Assembly (NCBI GenBank): GCA_963674595.2
Contig: CAXXFV010000016.1
Location: 224,001-288,000, forward strand
DNA length: 64,000 nucleotides
Reading direction: 5' to 3'
DNA from: a bacterium
Lineage (GTDB): Bacteria > Zhuqueibacterota > Zhuqueibacteria > Residuimicrobiales > Krinioviventaceae
Made by a program: the position numbers and the translations under genes. Below are positions 47,088 to 57,344 of this stretch, in pieces (within the stretch, counting starts at the first letter, position 1; each line of letters starts with the position of its first letter). The notes beneath the pieces are model-generated. The model ran no database searches. It saw only the letters and a list, made by a program, of their open reading frames with translations, and was not told the DNA's origin.

Positions 47088-48287
47088 TCAACCTTTATGT
47101 TGATCAATGATTTCAATACAATTGGCTTTTAGCTTTTTTAACAGGTCCTGCAGAATTTTCATATCCTGCTCGGAAATGCCTTTTGTTATTTTATTTTCCG
47201 TATTTTCAATAATTGTCCATAATTTACCAAGTGTTTCTATACCCATTTCTGTCATTGAATAGGTTGTCTGATTGTCGTTTTTGATATAACCTTTTTTTAT
47301 CAAAGGAGTGATAAAATCATTTATTTCATTATCTGTCAGGCCGAATTGTTTTTGAATATCCACAATATTCATTGTCAAATCACACTTTAACACCATCATA
47401 AAAATAATTTGTTTACTGGTAAATTCGGACACTTTGGTCAATTCCTTGTCAAGTGCCTGCTGGATCAACATACCAAGAACATTGATTTCTCTTCCCAATG
47501 TCGATTTTATCTTTTTTTCTATCATACCAATAGCCTGTTTTAATTTTAATTCATAAATACTTATGCCGGTCGCAACACCCACATTGAGACTTTCGACGTT
47601 GCTGTGCATCGGAATCTGGATTGTTATATCGGCGTTTTTGATAAACTCTTCTGCAGCACCGGTTGTTTCATTTCCTACAACCAACGCCACTGGTTTGTCC
47701 GGTATATCAGTTAAAGACTGGACCCTGTTTCCATAGGGTGTTGTTGTGATAATAAAGTAATTGTTTTGTTTTAGGAAATTTATAGTTTCTGTTGGAGAAT
47801 CAAATTTTTTATAATGTGTTGAAAAAACCTTGCCGCGCGACGCATCGATTGTTTTTCTGTGAAATAAATCAAAATTGTTTTCTGTGCCTGTTATAGAACG
47901 AATCCCAAAAGCATGACATGTTCTGATAATTGTCCCGATATTACCATAATCCTGCAGATTATCCAGAACAATTTCAAAATTCGTCGTCTCTTTTTTCTTA
48001 TTGTTTTGACCAACAGCTACAACAGGGACGAGGTGTTTGGTCCCGGTTACTTTTTTCAATAGTCCGTCGGAAACGTGAAATACATCAATATGCGGTGGAA
48101 TATTATCCGGCAGCTCAATTTTGTTATGCAGCAGAATATAATCAATGGATATATCGGCTTCCAGTGCCCATTGAATTGCTTCGAGGCCTTCTATCAAGAA
48201 CTTTCCTGATTCAATTCGCCCTTTTCGTGTGCTTAATTGCTGTGCAAGTTGAATTCGGCTGTCTTTTAAAGATTTAATTTCCTTCAT
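47088..48287 (-). CDS. TrmH/SpoU RNA 2'-O-methyltransferase fused to a MarR-like domain
   Basis: IEG, DNLQDYGNIGTIIRT, VGNETTG, IPMHSNVESLNVG; C-terminal ~140 aa with MarR pattern (LIKKGYI...MTEMG...GISEQDMKILQDLLKKL). Confidence 0.82.
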   Translation of the reverse strand: MKEIKSLKDSRIQLAQQLSTRKGRIESGKFLIEGLEAIQWALEADISIDYILLHNKIELPDNIPPHIDVFHVSDGLLKKVTGTKHLVPVVAVGQNNKKKETTNFEIVLDNLQDYGNIGTIIRTCHAFGIRSITGTENNFDLFHRKTIDASRGKVFSTHYKKFDSPTETINFLKQNNYFIITTTPYGNRVQSLTDIPDKPVALVVGNETTGAAEEFIKNADITIQIPMHSNVESLNVGVATGISIYELKLKQAIGMIEKKIKSTLGREINVLGMLIQQALDKELTKVSEFTSKQIIFMMVLKCDLTMNIVDIQKQFGLTDNEINDFITPLIKKGYIKNDNQTTYSMTEMGIETLGKLWTIIENTENKITKGISEQDMKILQDLLKKLKANCIEIIDQHKG

Positions 48288-48336
48288 CGGCTATGGCTTA
48301 TTATATGATGATTTTTATAATGTGAAAAAGTTTAAA

Positions 48337-48374
48337 TTTTGCCCCGATCATTTTCATCAAAAATCGGGGCAAAA
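48337..48374 (-). terminator. Hairpin/terminator after the oxidoreductase
   Basis: TTTTGCCCCGAT...ATCGGGGCAAAA inverted repeat. Confidence 0.7.
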
Positions 48375-48378
48375 GATT

Positions 48379-49734
48379 TTACTTGTTATTGAGTTTTTTA
48401 ATTGCCATTTCTGCAGCTTTAATCAAAACATATTTGGTTGGTGCTGCTGTTAGAAGCGGATGAGTACCGATTTGATAGGATAACAATTCATATACCGTCA
48501 CTTCTTTTTGGATGGCAAGCCCGATAACATTAATTAGTTCACCGACAGATTTTCCACCGTAAATTTCACCACCTATAATGACACCACGACGAGTCGAAAC
48601 AATAAGTTTAACCAGTAATTCCGAACAGTCTTTAATAGCACCGGGGTGTCTGTCTGCGTCTTTGAATGTACCGGTAACAAAAGCAATGTTTGCTTCCTCA
48701 GCAGATTGTTCAATGGCGCCGGCTGACGCAAAGCTTTTACCGCCAATCTCGGTAGAAAAAACAGACAGTGTACCGACAAAATTTCTCAGGATATTTATAT
48801 TATATAGATTATAACCTAAAATTCGTGCTTCGGCGGTTGCTGTTGACGCCAGCATAATATAGTCGGTCCTTCCGGTAATGAATCCTGTTGTCTGCGCACA
48901 ATCACCGACAGCATAAATATCTTTTTTACCTGTACGTAAATAATTGTCGCAACGAATAGCATTGTTACTGTTAATTTCCAGCCCGGCCTCTTTTGCCAGC
49001 TCTGTATTGGGTTGATAACCAACGCTGGATATAACCAGATCCGCATCAAGTTCTTGTCCGCTTTCCAGTTTAACAGCTTTAACTTTACCGTTTTCTCCGA
49101 TTATTTCTTGTACTTTATTTCCCGTATAAAGTTTTATCGCTGTCGTGCGGATTGTTGCATCTGCAATTTCAGCAATGTCCGGAGAAAATGCTTTATAGAG
49201 ACAATATTTTTCCACTTCAACCAAGGAAACGGTTTTATCACTATATTTTGCCAACTGTTCTGCAATTTCTACACCAATAAAGCCGCCGCCGATAATTACA
49301 ATGTTTTTTGCTTCGTTGGTTTTTTGTTTTAACGATTCAATATAATCATAATTTTTTTTAATATATTCCACACCTTCCAGATCATACCCTTTAATAAATT
49401 TGGGAAGGACCGGGATTGAGCCTGTAGCAAAGACCAACTTTTGAAATTGAAAGTCCTGGCCGGATTCGGTTTTAACAATTTTCTTTTCAGTATCAACTTT
49501 AGTCACACTGTCAACCAGAACGTTACCACCTGCATCTACAAATGGTTTCGGCCCCATTTTATTTTCCGGGACTTCAATATCATGAAAAACATAAGGGATC
49601 CCACAAGGGACCAATCCTATTTTATCCTTTGTTATCATTAAAAATGTTTTTTCCGGATTTTGTTGTTTGCCGGTTACACCTGTAATAATACCGGACGGGC
49701 CGCTGCCAATAATAATTACATCATATTGTTTCAT
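48379..49734 (-). CDS. FAD-dependent pyridine nucleotide-disulfide oxidoreductase (NADH oxidase/CoADR-like)
   Basis: GSGPSG, single redox Cys in PCGIPY, ATGS, GGGFIGVE, IYAVGDC, THP. Confidence 0.9.
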   Translation of the reverse strand: MKQYDVIIIGSGPSGIITGVTGKQQNPEKTFLMITKDKIGLVPCGIPYVFHDIEVPENKMGPKPFVDAGGNVLVDSVTKVDTEKKIVKTESGQDFQFQKLVFATGSIPVLPKFIKGYDLEGVEYIKKNYDYIESLKQKTNEAKNIVIIGGGFIGVEIAEQLAKYSDKTVSLVEVEKYCLYKAFSPDIAEIADATIRTTAIKLYTGNKVQEIIGENGKVKAVKLESGQELDADLVISSVGYQPNTELAKEAGLEINSNNAIRCDNYLRTGKKDIYAVGDCAQTTGFITGRTDYIMLASTATAEARILGYNLYNINILRNFVGTLSVFSTEIGGKSFASAGAIEQSAEEANIAFVTGTFKDADRHPGAIKDCSELLVKLIVSTRRGVIIGGEIYGGKSVGELINVIGLAIQKEVTVYELLSYQIGTHPLLTAAPTKYVLIKAAEMAIKKLNNK

Positions 49735-50026
49735 CATTGCACTCCTGTTTATTCGATTCTTATAGAATTTTTTAAAATTATTAAATGAATCGGGATGAAA
49801 ATCAGATTATCTGTTTAGGAAACACATGGGGGATGCTTGATACAAAAAAATCCAATTAAACTCGATTTTATAAATAATTTAATGATTATAATTAATTAAA
49901 CAAGAATTAATTATATTGTATTTTGTTATCATTAAAAAGTTTAATTATTTGGCAAGTTTAAGCTTGACTCGCTTTGTTTTTTCTTTTAATTTACAAAATA
50001 TCAAGTATGTAATGAGTGGTGAAAAT

Positions 50027-50818
50027 ATGACACATGAAAAAAGCGAAAATAATTTTTGGGGTGAGCATACATTATCTATGTCAACTCTTGAAAAATGGAC
50101 TTTTGGTTCTCAAATTATAACCGGTCTGGTAGATGATTCGGAATTAAAACTAACCAGTTATCCTGTGGAAGAGGAGCCGAAAAATGAGCCGGATTTGTCC
50201 TGGCACCGGTGGCCACTTACACAAACTCAACCGGTATTGTTGTTTGAGCCGGTTATGCCGGATCGTCCGGTCGTTATGCGGCCGGAATCTGTTTTTAATC
50301 TGGAAGCGGGACAAAAAGCTCGGATTTATATTCGCATTCCAATTTGGACACGAATCAGCCTTATGGAAGGCACCAAATCAAAAAAGCTGTTGGAAGTCCC
50401 TTCGGTCGTATTGTCCAATAGCTGGTTTGGTGATTTTTTTCATGGTGAATTATGTTTCAGTATTTCCTCCAGCATTCGTTCAACAGTTGAGCCGGACATA
50501 TCACGACCGTATATGGCAATTTGTCCTTTACTTTTAATTAATAAAGCAAAATCTGATCTTGTTGTTGAAAAGATGTGTTTAAGAATTACCTTGTTGTCTC
50601 TTTATCTTGTAAAAAATCAGTTGTGGACGGATGAAATGGTTATAACCTATAGCGGCAAAAATGAAATAAGCCAGGTTAATACAAGCGGTAAACCTCCGGT
50701 CTCTTTAAAAAAAGCTGTACAGTTGGCGAAACCGCGCAGCAACTCAAAAAAGTCACTTGTTGTTGCGACTTTTGGTGATTTGTTGGATTTTGCCGGTTTT
50801 GGTAACTTGAATAAATAG
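50027..50818 (+). CDS. DUF432-family protein
   Basis: PVMPDRPVVMRP, IYIRIP, LSNSWFGDFFHGELC; paired with MscS. Confidence 0.75.
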   Translation: MTHEKSENNFWGEHTLSMSTLEKWTFGSQIITGLVDDSELKLTSYPVEEEPKNEPDLSWHRWPLTQTQPVLLFEPVMPDRPVVMRPESVFNLEAGQKARIYIRIPIWTRISLMEGTKSKKLLEVPSVVLSNSWFGDFFHGELCFSISSSIRSTVEPDISRPYMAICPLLLINKAKSDLVVEKMCLRITLLSLYLVKNQLWTDEMVITYSGKNEISQVNTSGKPPVSLKKAVQLAKPRSNSKKSLVVATFGDLLDFAGFGNLNK

Positions 50819-50827
50819 GAAATTGTT

Positions 50828-51697
50828 ATGGAATTTTTACATAATTTAGATGTCTCTCTGACATCGGAAACGATGTTTAGAATTGTTCGCAGTGCAATTA
50901 TATTATTGTTCGGAATTCCAATTACATTTTTACTCAGCAGATGGCTCAAAAAATTACTGGGTAAAAAATTTACGCCACAACAATCCATGCTGCTGCAAAA
51001 AGTGGTAACTTATTCCGCTTCCTTTATCATGTTGATTATGATTTTAAACGAATTTCAGTTTAAACTGTCCACTCTGCTTGGCGCTGCCGGAATTATTGGA
51101 ATTGCCTTGGGTTTTGCATCACAAACCAGCGTTTCAAATGTTATCAGCGGACTGTTTCTCATTGCTGAAAAATCGTTTCAGGTGAATGATATAATCACTG
51201 TTGGTAGTACAACCGGAGTGGTGTTATCCATTGATGTTCTTTCCGTTAAATTACGAACGTTTGATAACCGGTACATACGTATTCCGAATGAAACGTTGAT
51301 TAAAACCGAAGTGATTAATGTGACCCGGTTTCCAATCCGACGGGTGGATGTCAACATTGGTGTTGCCTATAAAGAAGATGTTACGCAAGTACGACAGGTA
51401 TTAATGGATATTGCCAAAAAAAATCCATTGTGCCTGGATGACCCTGAACCGCTTATCATATTTTCCGGATTTGGAAATTCATCCATCGACTTTTTGTTTT
51501 TGGTATGGGCCGTAAAAGATGACTGGCTGAAGCTTAAAAATACAATTATGGAAGATGTAAAAAAGCGATTTGACCAGGAAGGCATTGAAATTCCTTTTCC
51601 GCATCTATCTCTATATAGCGGATCGGTGACGCAGCCGATTCCTATTCAGATTATTAAAGAAGATAAGAATGAAACATCGCTGGATGTTGAAAATTAG
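50828..51697 (+). CDS. mscS: Small-conductance mechanosensitive channel
   Basis: GIALGFASQTSVSNVISG, IRIPNE, IGVAY, GIEIPFP. Confidence 0.93.
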   Translation: MEFLHNLDVSLTSETMFRIVRSAIILLFGIPITFLLSRWLKKLLGKKFTPQQSMLLQKVVTYSASFIMLIMILNEFQFKLSTLLGAAGIIGIALGFASQTSVSNVISGLFLIAEKSFQVNDIITVGSTTGVVLSIDVLSVKLRTFDNRYIRIPNETLIKTEVINVTRFPIRRVDVNIGVAYKEDVTQVRQVLMDIAKKNPLCLDDPEPLIIFSGFGNSSIDFLFLVWAVKDDWLKLKNTIMEDVKKRFDQEGIEIPFPHLSLYSGSVTQPIPIQIIKEDKNETSLDVEN

Positions 51698-51738
51698 ATA
51701 TTTTTAATAAAACCGATTATCTGTTCCGGGAGCCAAAA

Positions 51739-51987
51739 GTGACAAATAATTTATTAATAGATATTATAGGCTGGTTGGGTGCTGTTTTGTTGCTAACCGC
51801 CTATTTTTTAATTTCATCAAATAGAATTAAAGGGGCGTCAAAAAGTTATCAGATATTGAATCTTATTGGAAGTGGTGCACTCATAGTCAATTCTGCATTT
51901 TACCGGGCCTTTCCGTCTGCATTTGTTAATGTCATTTGGATCGGGATTGCCCTATATTCTCTTTTTGTATTTAAACAACAGCATTAA
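51739..51987 (+). CDS. Small membrane protein (CBU_0592-like)
   Basis: IGWLGAVLLLTAY, YQILNLIGS, NVIWIGIA. Confidence 0.8.
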   Translation: MTNNLLIDIIGWLGAVLLLTAYFLISSNRIKGASKSYQILNLIGSGALIVNSAFYRAFPSAFVNVIWIGIALYSLFVFKQQH

Positions 51988-52011
51988 GTTTTACACGAAT
52001 AAAGTATTGTT

Positions 52012-53199
52012 ATGTCTTTTGAGCTTTTAGATTTAATATTGCTGTTGGCTGCCGCCCAGGGATTTTTCCTCACGGTCCTGATTTTTCACAAACACAGACA
52101 ATTGTTCGCCAATCGCTTTTTGGGATCACTGATTCTGATTTATTCCATCATACTATTGCACCTTTTTTGGGGAGAATTGAATGTCAAGGTCACTCACCCG
52201 CTTGTAGTGGAAATGATAATCGGCATCGGTTTTTTAATGGGACCATTACATTTTTTATATGCAACATTTCTAGTTCATCGAAATCGCCTTTTTTCAAAAA
52301 AACACTGGCTGCATTTTTTACCTTTTTTATGTTATGAATGTATTTGCCTTGTTGCTTTTAAAAGTGGAAATAATTTTCCTTTCATCATTGAATCAAAACT
52401 TGTTTGGCCTATACCATTGGGGGTATTGTTGTACAATTGGCTGGTCATTTTTCAAATTTTAATATACATGGTCCTTACCGTGGTGTTGTTAAACAGATAT
52501 GCCGCCGGTATCCGGAATGTGTTTTCATCCATTGAAAAAGTTAAGCTGGATTGGCTTACAAAAATTACTTATTTGCCGTTTTGTTTTGCCGGTGTGTTTA
52601 TAATAGAAAACATTTTGTTATTATTTAAAATTAATTTTTCCAACTTTTTTACGTTATCCTCAACCTTGTTGGCTATTTATGTTTATGTTCTCGGGTACCT
52701 GGGTTTATTAAAATCACAGGTTTTGACAAGTGATGCTTTTACTGATTCCTTTTTTCAATCATCAGAAAGTAAAAGTGACATTACCGTTCTTTCGCAGCAG
52801 CAAAAAACTGAAAAATATGAAAAATCCGGTTTAACACAGGAACGGGCCAAACAGTATTTACAGAATCTTTTAGATTTGGTAAACCAGGAAAAACCTTATA
52901 AAGAAAGCAGTTTAACATTAAACCAGTTGGCGGAACGGTTGTCTATCTCTCCTCATAATCTTTCCGAAGTTATAAATACACAACTCGAACAAAACTTTTT
53001 TGATTTTATTAATTATTATCGGGTCAAAGAAGTTCAGGAAAAATTAGCAGATCCTAATCATTCACACATTAAAATTCTTGCAATAGCATTTGATGCGGGT
53101 TTTAATTCAAAAACATCATTCAATACAATATTTAAGAAATTTACCCACCAGACACCTTCCGAATATCGTGCAGCGATGCTGTCACAACCCACAACTTGA
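52012..53199 (+). CDS. Membrane-anchored AraC-family regulator
   Basis: Several N-terminal TM helices; KYEKSGL, LSEVIN..NFFDFINYYRV, AFDAGFNSKTSFN..FKK..TPSEYR. Confidence 0.92.
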   Translation: MSFELLDLILLLAAAQGFFLTVLIFHKHRQLFANRFLGSLILIYSIILLHLFWGELNVKVTHPLVVEMIIGIGFLMGPLHFLYATFLVHRNRLFSKKHWLHFLPFLCYECICLVAFKSGNNFPFIIESKLVWPIPLGVLLYNWLVIFQILIYMVLTVVLLNRYAAGIRNVFSSIEKVKLDWLTKITYLPFCFAGVFIIENILLLFKINFSNFFTLSSTLLAIYVYVLGYLGLLKSQVLTSDAFTDSFFQSSESKSDITVLSQQQKTEKYEKSGLTQERAKQYLQNLLDLVNQEKPYKESSLTLNQLAERLSISPHNLSEVINTQLEQNFFDFINYYRVKEVQEKLADPNHSHIKILAIAFDAGFNSKTSFNTIFKKFTHQTPSEYRAAMLSQPTT

Positions 53200-53250
53200 T
53201 CGCAAACCAGACTAAGGGGTAATTGACCTTTTATTATTTCAGGTGTATTT

Positions 53251-53313
53251 GTTCGAACCAACGGGATAGAACCTGTAATTTTTAAAATTTAGTTCGAACC
53301 AATGGGGCAGAGC
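53251..53313 (+). promoter_or_regulatory. Direct repeat pair, candidate AraC binding sites
   Basis: GTTCGAACCAACGGGATAGAAC (53251) and GTTCGAACCAATGGGGCAGAGC (53292), 41 bp apart. Confidence 0.6.
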
Positions 53314-53454
53314 GATTTTTAAAATAATAAGTTGTATTTTTTTCGGTCAATCATTTCAACCAGGATTTCGTTTTTGGAAGACGGATGTACGGATATTCCG
53401 ATCTTTCAGATCAGGTTTTGGTAAAAATTTCTGATTTTATAAAAGGAATGTTTT

Positions 53455-55761
53455 ATGAAAAAAATATTTTATGCTTTTGTGTTTATGATTTTGTTAATCG
53501 TACCCAGTTTTGCTCAGGCACAAAAAACAATACATACCGGAGTAATCCGGGGTCAGGTTTTGGATGCTGAAGTAAAAACACCGTTAATCAGCACCAATAT
53601 AAGTATTCAAAATACATTAATGGGTGCTTCCTCTGATGCTGACGGCAATTTTGAAATAAAAAATGTCCCGGTGGGGACATGGTCTTTACGCTTTAGTTAT
53701 ATCGGTTATGAAACCGTTGTCAAGACAGATGTTATTGTTAAATCGAATCGGATTACAACCGTGAACGCGGAACTTGCCATGTCCAGTGTGGTTTTGGAAG
53801 GCGTTGTGGTAACAGGCGGTTATTTTTCCGAAACAAAAGATGAACCTGTAAGTGCTGTTAATTTTTCTTCGGAAGAAATTCGACGTGCCCCGGGTTCTGC
53901 CGGTGATGTCAGCCGGATTTTGATGAGTTTACCCAGCATTGCCAAAGTAAATGATCAAACCAATAATCTTATTGTTCGTGGCGGCAGTCCGACTGAAAAT
54001 GCTTTTTATGTAGACAATATTGAAATTCCAAATATAAACCATTTCCCGACACAGGGAGCATCCGGTGGGCCTATCGGATTACTGAATGTTGATTTTATTG
54101 ATGATGTCCGTTTTTATTCCGGCGGTTTTTCATCAAAGTATGGTGACAGGCTTTCATCAATTATGGATATTACTTTTCGTCAAGGCAACAGGAACGAGTT
54201 TGACGGTCAACTGGATTTGAATTTTACCGGATTCGGCGGTACAGTTGAAGGCCCATTGTTTAATAAAAAGGGTTCGTGGCTGCTGTCTGCCAGAAAAAGT
54301 TATCTGGATTATCTTGTGGATATGATTGATATCGGAACAAGTGTTGCTCCTGTTTATGGTGATGTTCAGGGAAAAATTGTTTATGATCTGAATTCAAATC
54401 ACAAACTCATGCTTTTGGGCATTTGGGGTGATGACCATAACAATCCGGGAAGGGATACCGCCATAGAAAATGATATGATTTATTATGGAAAACAGGATAT
54501 TTATGAAAGAACGACCGGCATAAACTGGAGGGCTTTGTGGAATAAAAACGGGTATTCAAATACGTCCCTGTCAGTTACCTCTCAGGATTTTAATGAAAAT
54601 AACTTTGAGACCAATTCCGGGTTTTTTCTGAGTCAAAATAATTCCAGCGAATACTCGTATAACTTTCGTCAGGTTAATCATTTTCGTATAAAAAACAGGT
54701 CTTCTGTTGAATTTGGTCTTGATGTCAAATATTTGAAAAATAAATATAATAATTATTTTGCAGAATATACGGACGCACTGGGAAATCCTGTTTCTTCTTT
54801 CAGGATAAATCAGACAGATGATTCCTATAAAACGGGTATCTTTTTAGACCTTTCTTTATCACCTATTCAACGCTTAAACACGACATTGGGTGTTAGAACG
54901 GATTATTTTTCCATGACGGAAAAGACACACGTCGCACCCAGGTTTTCTTTTTCCTATGCTTTAAGCAACAGAACATCCGTAACCGGCGCTGCCGGAATAT
55001 ACTATCAGGCTTTGCCAATGGTGTTATTAATTCAAAATGAAGAAAATAAAAATTTAAAAGACACCCAGGCGCGTCATTTAATATTGGGTTCAAGTCATTT
55101 GCTCACGGAAAATACCAGGCTGACATTGGAAGTATATCACAAGGAATATAAAAATTTCCCTATGGACCCTGCGCAACCAGGATTGTTCCTGATTGATGAA
55201 TTATATTATCAGTATGGTTTTTTTATGCAGCATGAACATTTGGTTGACACCGGACGTGGATATTCCAGGGGGATTGAGCTGGTGTTACAAAAAAAATTAG
55301 CCAGGGATGTTTATGGATTGGTGAGCGCCTCGTGGTTTCGTACAAAATATCAGGATTTAAATAATATCTGGAGAAACCGAGTTTTTGATAATCAAATATT
55401 GCTTAGTATGGAAGGCGGATATAAACCGAACAATAAATGGGAATTCAGCGCCAGATGGATTTTTGCCGGAGGAGCGCCTTATACACCATTTATCATCAGT
55501 GCGTCAAAAGAACTTGCCCGAATAGTGCTTGATGAAGACCGTATCAATGAATCAAGATATCCGAATTATCATTCTATGAATGTTCGTTTTGACAGGCGTT
55601 TTCATTTTAACCGTACCAATATTGTTACTTATTTTAGTGTATGGAATGCTTATGGCAGAAAAAATGTTGCCTCCTACTTTTGGAATGAAAAAGAGAAAAA
55701 GCAGGACACAATTTATCAATGGACAATGCTGCCGATTTTTGGCATAGAGTATGAATTTTAG
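53455..55761 (+). CDS. TonB-dependent receptor with carboxypeptidase-like N-terminal domain
   Basis: SYIGY, VRGGSPTEN, NINHF, GGFSSKYGDRLSS; C-terminal LPIFGIEYEF. Confidence 0.93.
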   Translation: MKKIFYAFVFMILLIVPSFAQAQKTIHTGVIRGQVLDAEVKTPLISTNISIQNTLMGASSDADGNFEIKNVPVGTWSLRFSYIGYETVVKTDVIVKSNRITTVNAELAMSSVVLEGVVVTGGYFSETKDEPVSAVNFSSEEIRRAPGSAGDVSRILMSLPSIAKVNDQTNNLIVRGGSPTENAFYVDNIEIPNINHFPTQGASGGPIGLLNVDFIDDVRFYSGGFSSKYGDRLSSIMDITFRQGNRNEFDGQLDLNFTGFGGTVEGPLFNKKGSWLLSARKSYLDYLVDMIDIGTSVAPVYGDVQGKIVYDLNSNHKLMLLGIWGDDHNNPGRDTAIENDMIYYGKQDIYERTTGINWRALWNKNGYSNTSLSVTSQDFNENNFETNSGFFLSQNNSSEYSYNFRQVNHFRIKNRSSVEFGLDVKYLKNKYNNYFAEYTDALGNPVSSFRINQTDDSYKTGIFLDLSLSPIQRLNTTLGVRTDYFSMTEKTHVAPRFSFSYALSNRTSVTGAAGIYYQALPMVLLIQNEENKNLKDTQARHLILGSSHLLTENTRLTLEVYHKEYKNFPMDPAQPGLFLIDELYYQYGFFMQHEHLVDTGRGYSRGIELVLQKKLARDVYGLVSASWFRTKYQDLNNIWRNRVFDNQILLSMEGGYKPNNKWEFSARWIFAGGAPYTPFIISASKELARIVLDEDRINESRYPNYHSMNVRFDRRFHFNRTNIVTYFSVWNAYGRKNVASYFWNEKEKKQDTIYQWTMLPIFGIEYEF

Positions 55762-55806
55762 CTCGTACTAAATTAAATTTAAAAGGGGAATTCCAATCTT
55801 AACTAT

Positions 55807-55847
55807 AAACATGCCCCGGAGGTGGTGCTTTTCGGGGCATGTTTTTT
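55807..55847 (+). terminator. Intrinsic terminator
   Basis: AAACATGCCCCGGA...TTCGGGGCATGTTTTTT. Confidence 0.85.
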
Positions 55848-55914
55848 GCTTTGTAAATTATCCAATTAATTCGTATTATTTTACAAATAAAATATTTATT
55901 TTTATATTGGAATT

Positions 55915-57324
55915 ATGAAGCTTTCACATAAAGTCCTTTTACTATTTTTGTTGTTCTTTACAGCGTTGTTTATAAGCCTGATGACCTTTCTACATTGGCT
56001 TGATATTCAGCAAAGTAAAGGGCATTTGGTTGAAAAGTACAATCGACTTTCTGCAAATGCCGCTGAAGATGCCAACCAAATGATCCAGAACCGAAATCCC
56101 GCCAATTTATATTATGTGTTGACATCCGGGTTGGAAAAAGAGATTGACCTTGGCTCTATAAAATTTCTTCGTATTGTAGAAAATAATGGCCAGGTGCTTT
56201 TTTCGATGAATATTAAAGAGGAGAAAAAGCAGACACAGCATGAATCAGATGTGGAGATATTTCACAAAACTGCAAATGACCAGCAATATTTACCCATTAC
56301 AATATTAAAAACAGAAAATGATCAGTCAATAATTGATGTGACGGTCCCTTTTAGAAATGATACGGGATTTTATATTTTACGTGCGGGATACGAATACCAG
56401 TTAAACGTCCCCATAAACTATCTTAACCTTCTTATTCTATTTTTGTTTTTAAGCAGTTTGTCCTTTGTATTGGTGGTGCTGATACAAAAACTTTTCATTG
56501 GCCCCATCGAAGTATTGACTTTTAGCGCCCGGCAGATTGCAAAAGGGAAAACCGATGATTTTTCTTTTGTTGCGAATCGAAATGATGAAATTGGGCATTT
56601 AAGAGGTTCTTTGCAGGAACTGGTGCGGCAGTTACGGCTTAAGCAGGAGGAACTCGCAGAAAAAGAGCGTTTGGCTGTTTTGGGAAAAGGGACAGGAAGA
56701 TTGACTCATAATATCAGCAATTTGTTGAATCCTTTGGATCATTATTTTAATAAAATTAACATGATCTTGAAAAAGGACAAAAAGTCAATTGCGATAAAGG
56801 AAGCCCTTGAACCCATCGAACGCCACGTTAATCTTATCCGAAACGATCTAAACCGGTTGAAAAAAGCCGTCCCTGATCAGCCTTATCGTGAATCTTATCC
56901 CTTGTCTGTGTTAATCGAAGCGGCTTTGGGTCGGGTTATTGTGCCGGAAAATGTCCGTGTGAAAAAGGTTTATGGCGGCAGTATTATTTACGCTATGGTT
57001 GATCCCGAACAGATGACAGAAGTGTTTTATAATATTATTCTTAATGCCTTTCAGGCTATGACCGAAAAAGGCGGTGTGCTTAAGATTAGGATTGTTCAGG
57101 AACAGAATAAGGTCCATGTTCATTTTAAAGATGATGGATGCGGGATTCCTCAAGATCAAATTCAGGATATTTTCCAATTTTTTATGACAACTAAAAAAAG
57201 CGGCATGGGGATAGGACTTTCGAGCGCGATGGAAATAGTCCGGCAGCATGGCGGTGTTATAAGCGTAGAAAGTTCTGAAGAATGGGGTAGTGATTTTAAA
57301 GTTTCTTTACCATTATCATCTTAA
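55915..57324 (+). CDS. Sensor histidine kinase (2 TM, HAMP)
   Basis: DEIGHL HAMP; H-box LTHNISN; NIILNAFQA, DDGCGI, FMTTK, GMGIGL. Confidence 0.92.
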   Translation: MKLSHKVLLLFLLFFTALFISLMTFLHWLDIQQSKGHLVEKYNRLSANAAEDANQMIQNRNPANLYYVLTSGLEKEIDLGSIKFLRIVENNGQVLFSMNIKEEKKQTQHESDVEIFHKTANDQQYLPITILKTENDQSIIDVTVPFRNDTGFYILRAGYEYQLNVPINYLNLLILFLFLSSLSFVLVVLIQKLFIGPIEVLTFSARQIAKGKTDDFSFVANRNDEIGHLRGSLQELVRQLRLKQEELAEKERLAVLGKGTGRLTHNISNLLNPLDHYFNKINMILKKDKKSIAIKEALEPIERHVNLIRNDLNRLKKAVPDQPYRESYPLSVLIEAALGRVIVPENVRVKKVYGGSIIYAMVDPEQMTEVFYNIILNAFQAMTEKGGVLKIRIVQEQNKVHVHFKDDGCGIPQDQIQDIFQFFMTTKKSGMGIGLSSAMEIVRQHGGVISVESSEEWGSDFKVSLPLSS

Positions 57325-57344
57325 TTTAAATGAGAGTGAGTTGG

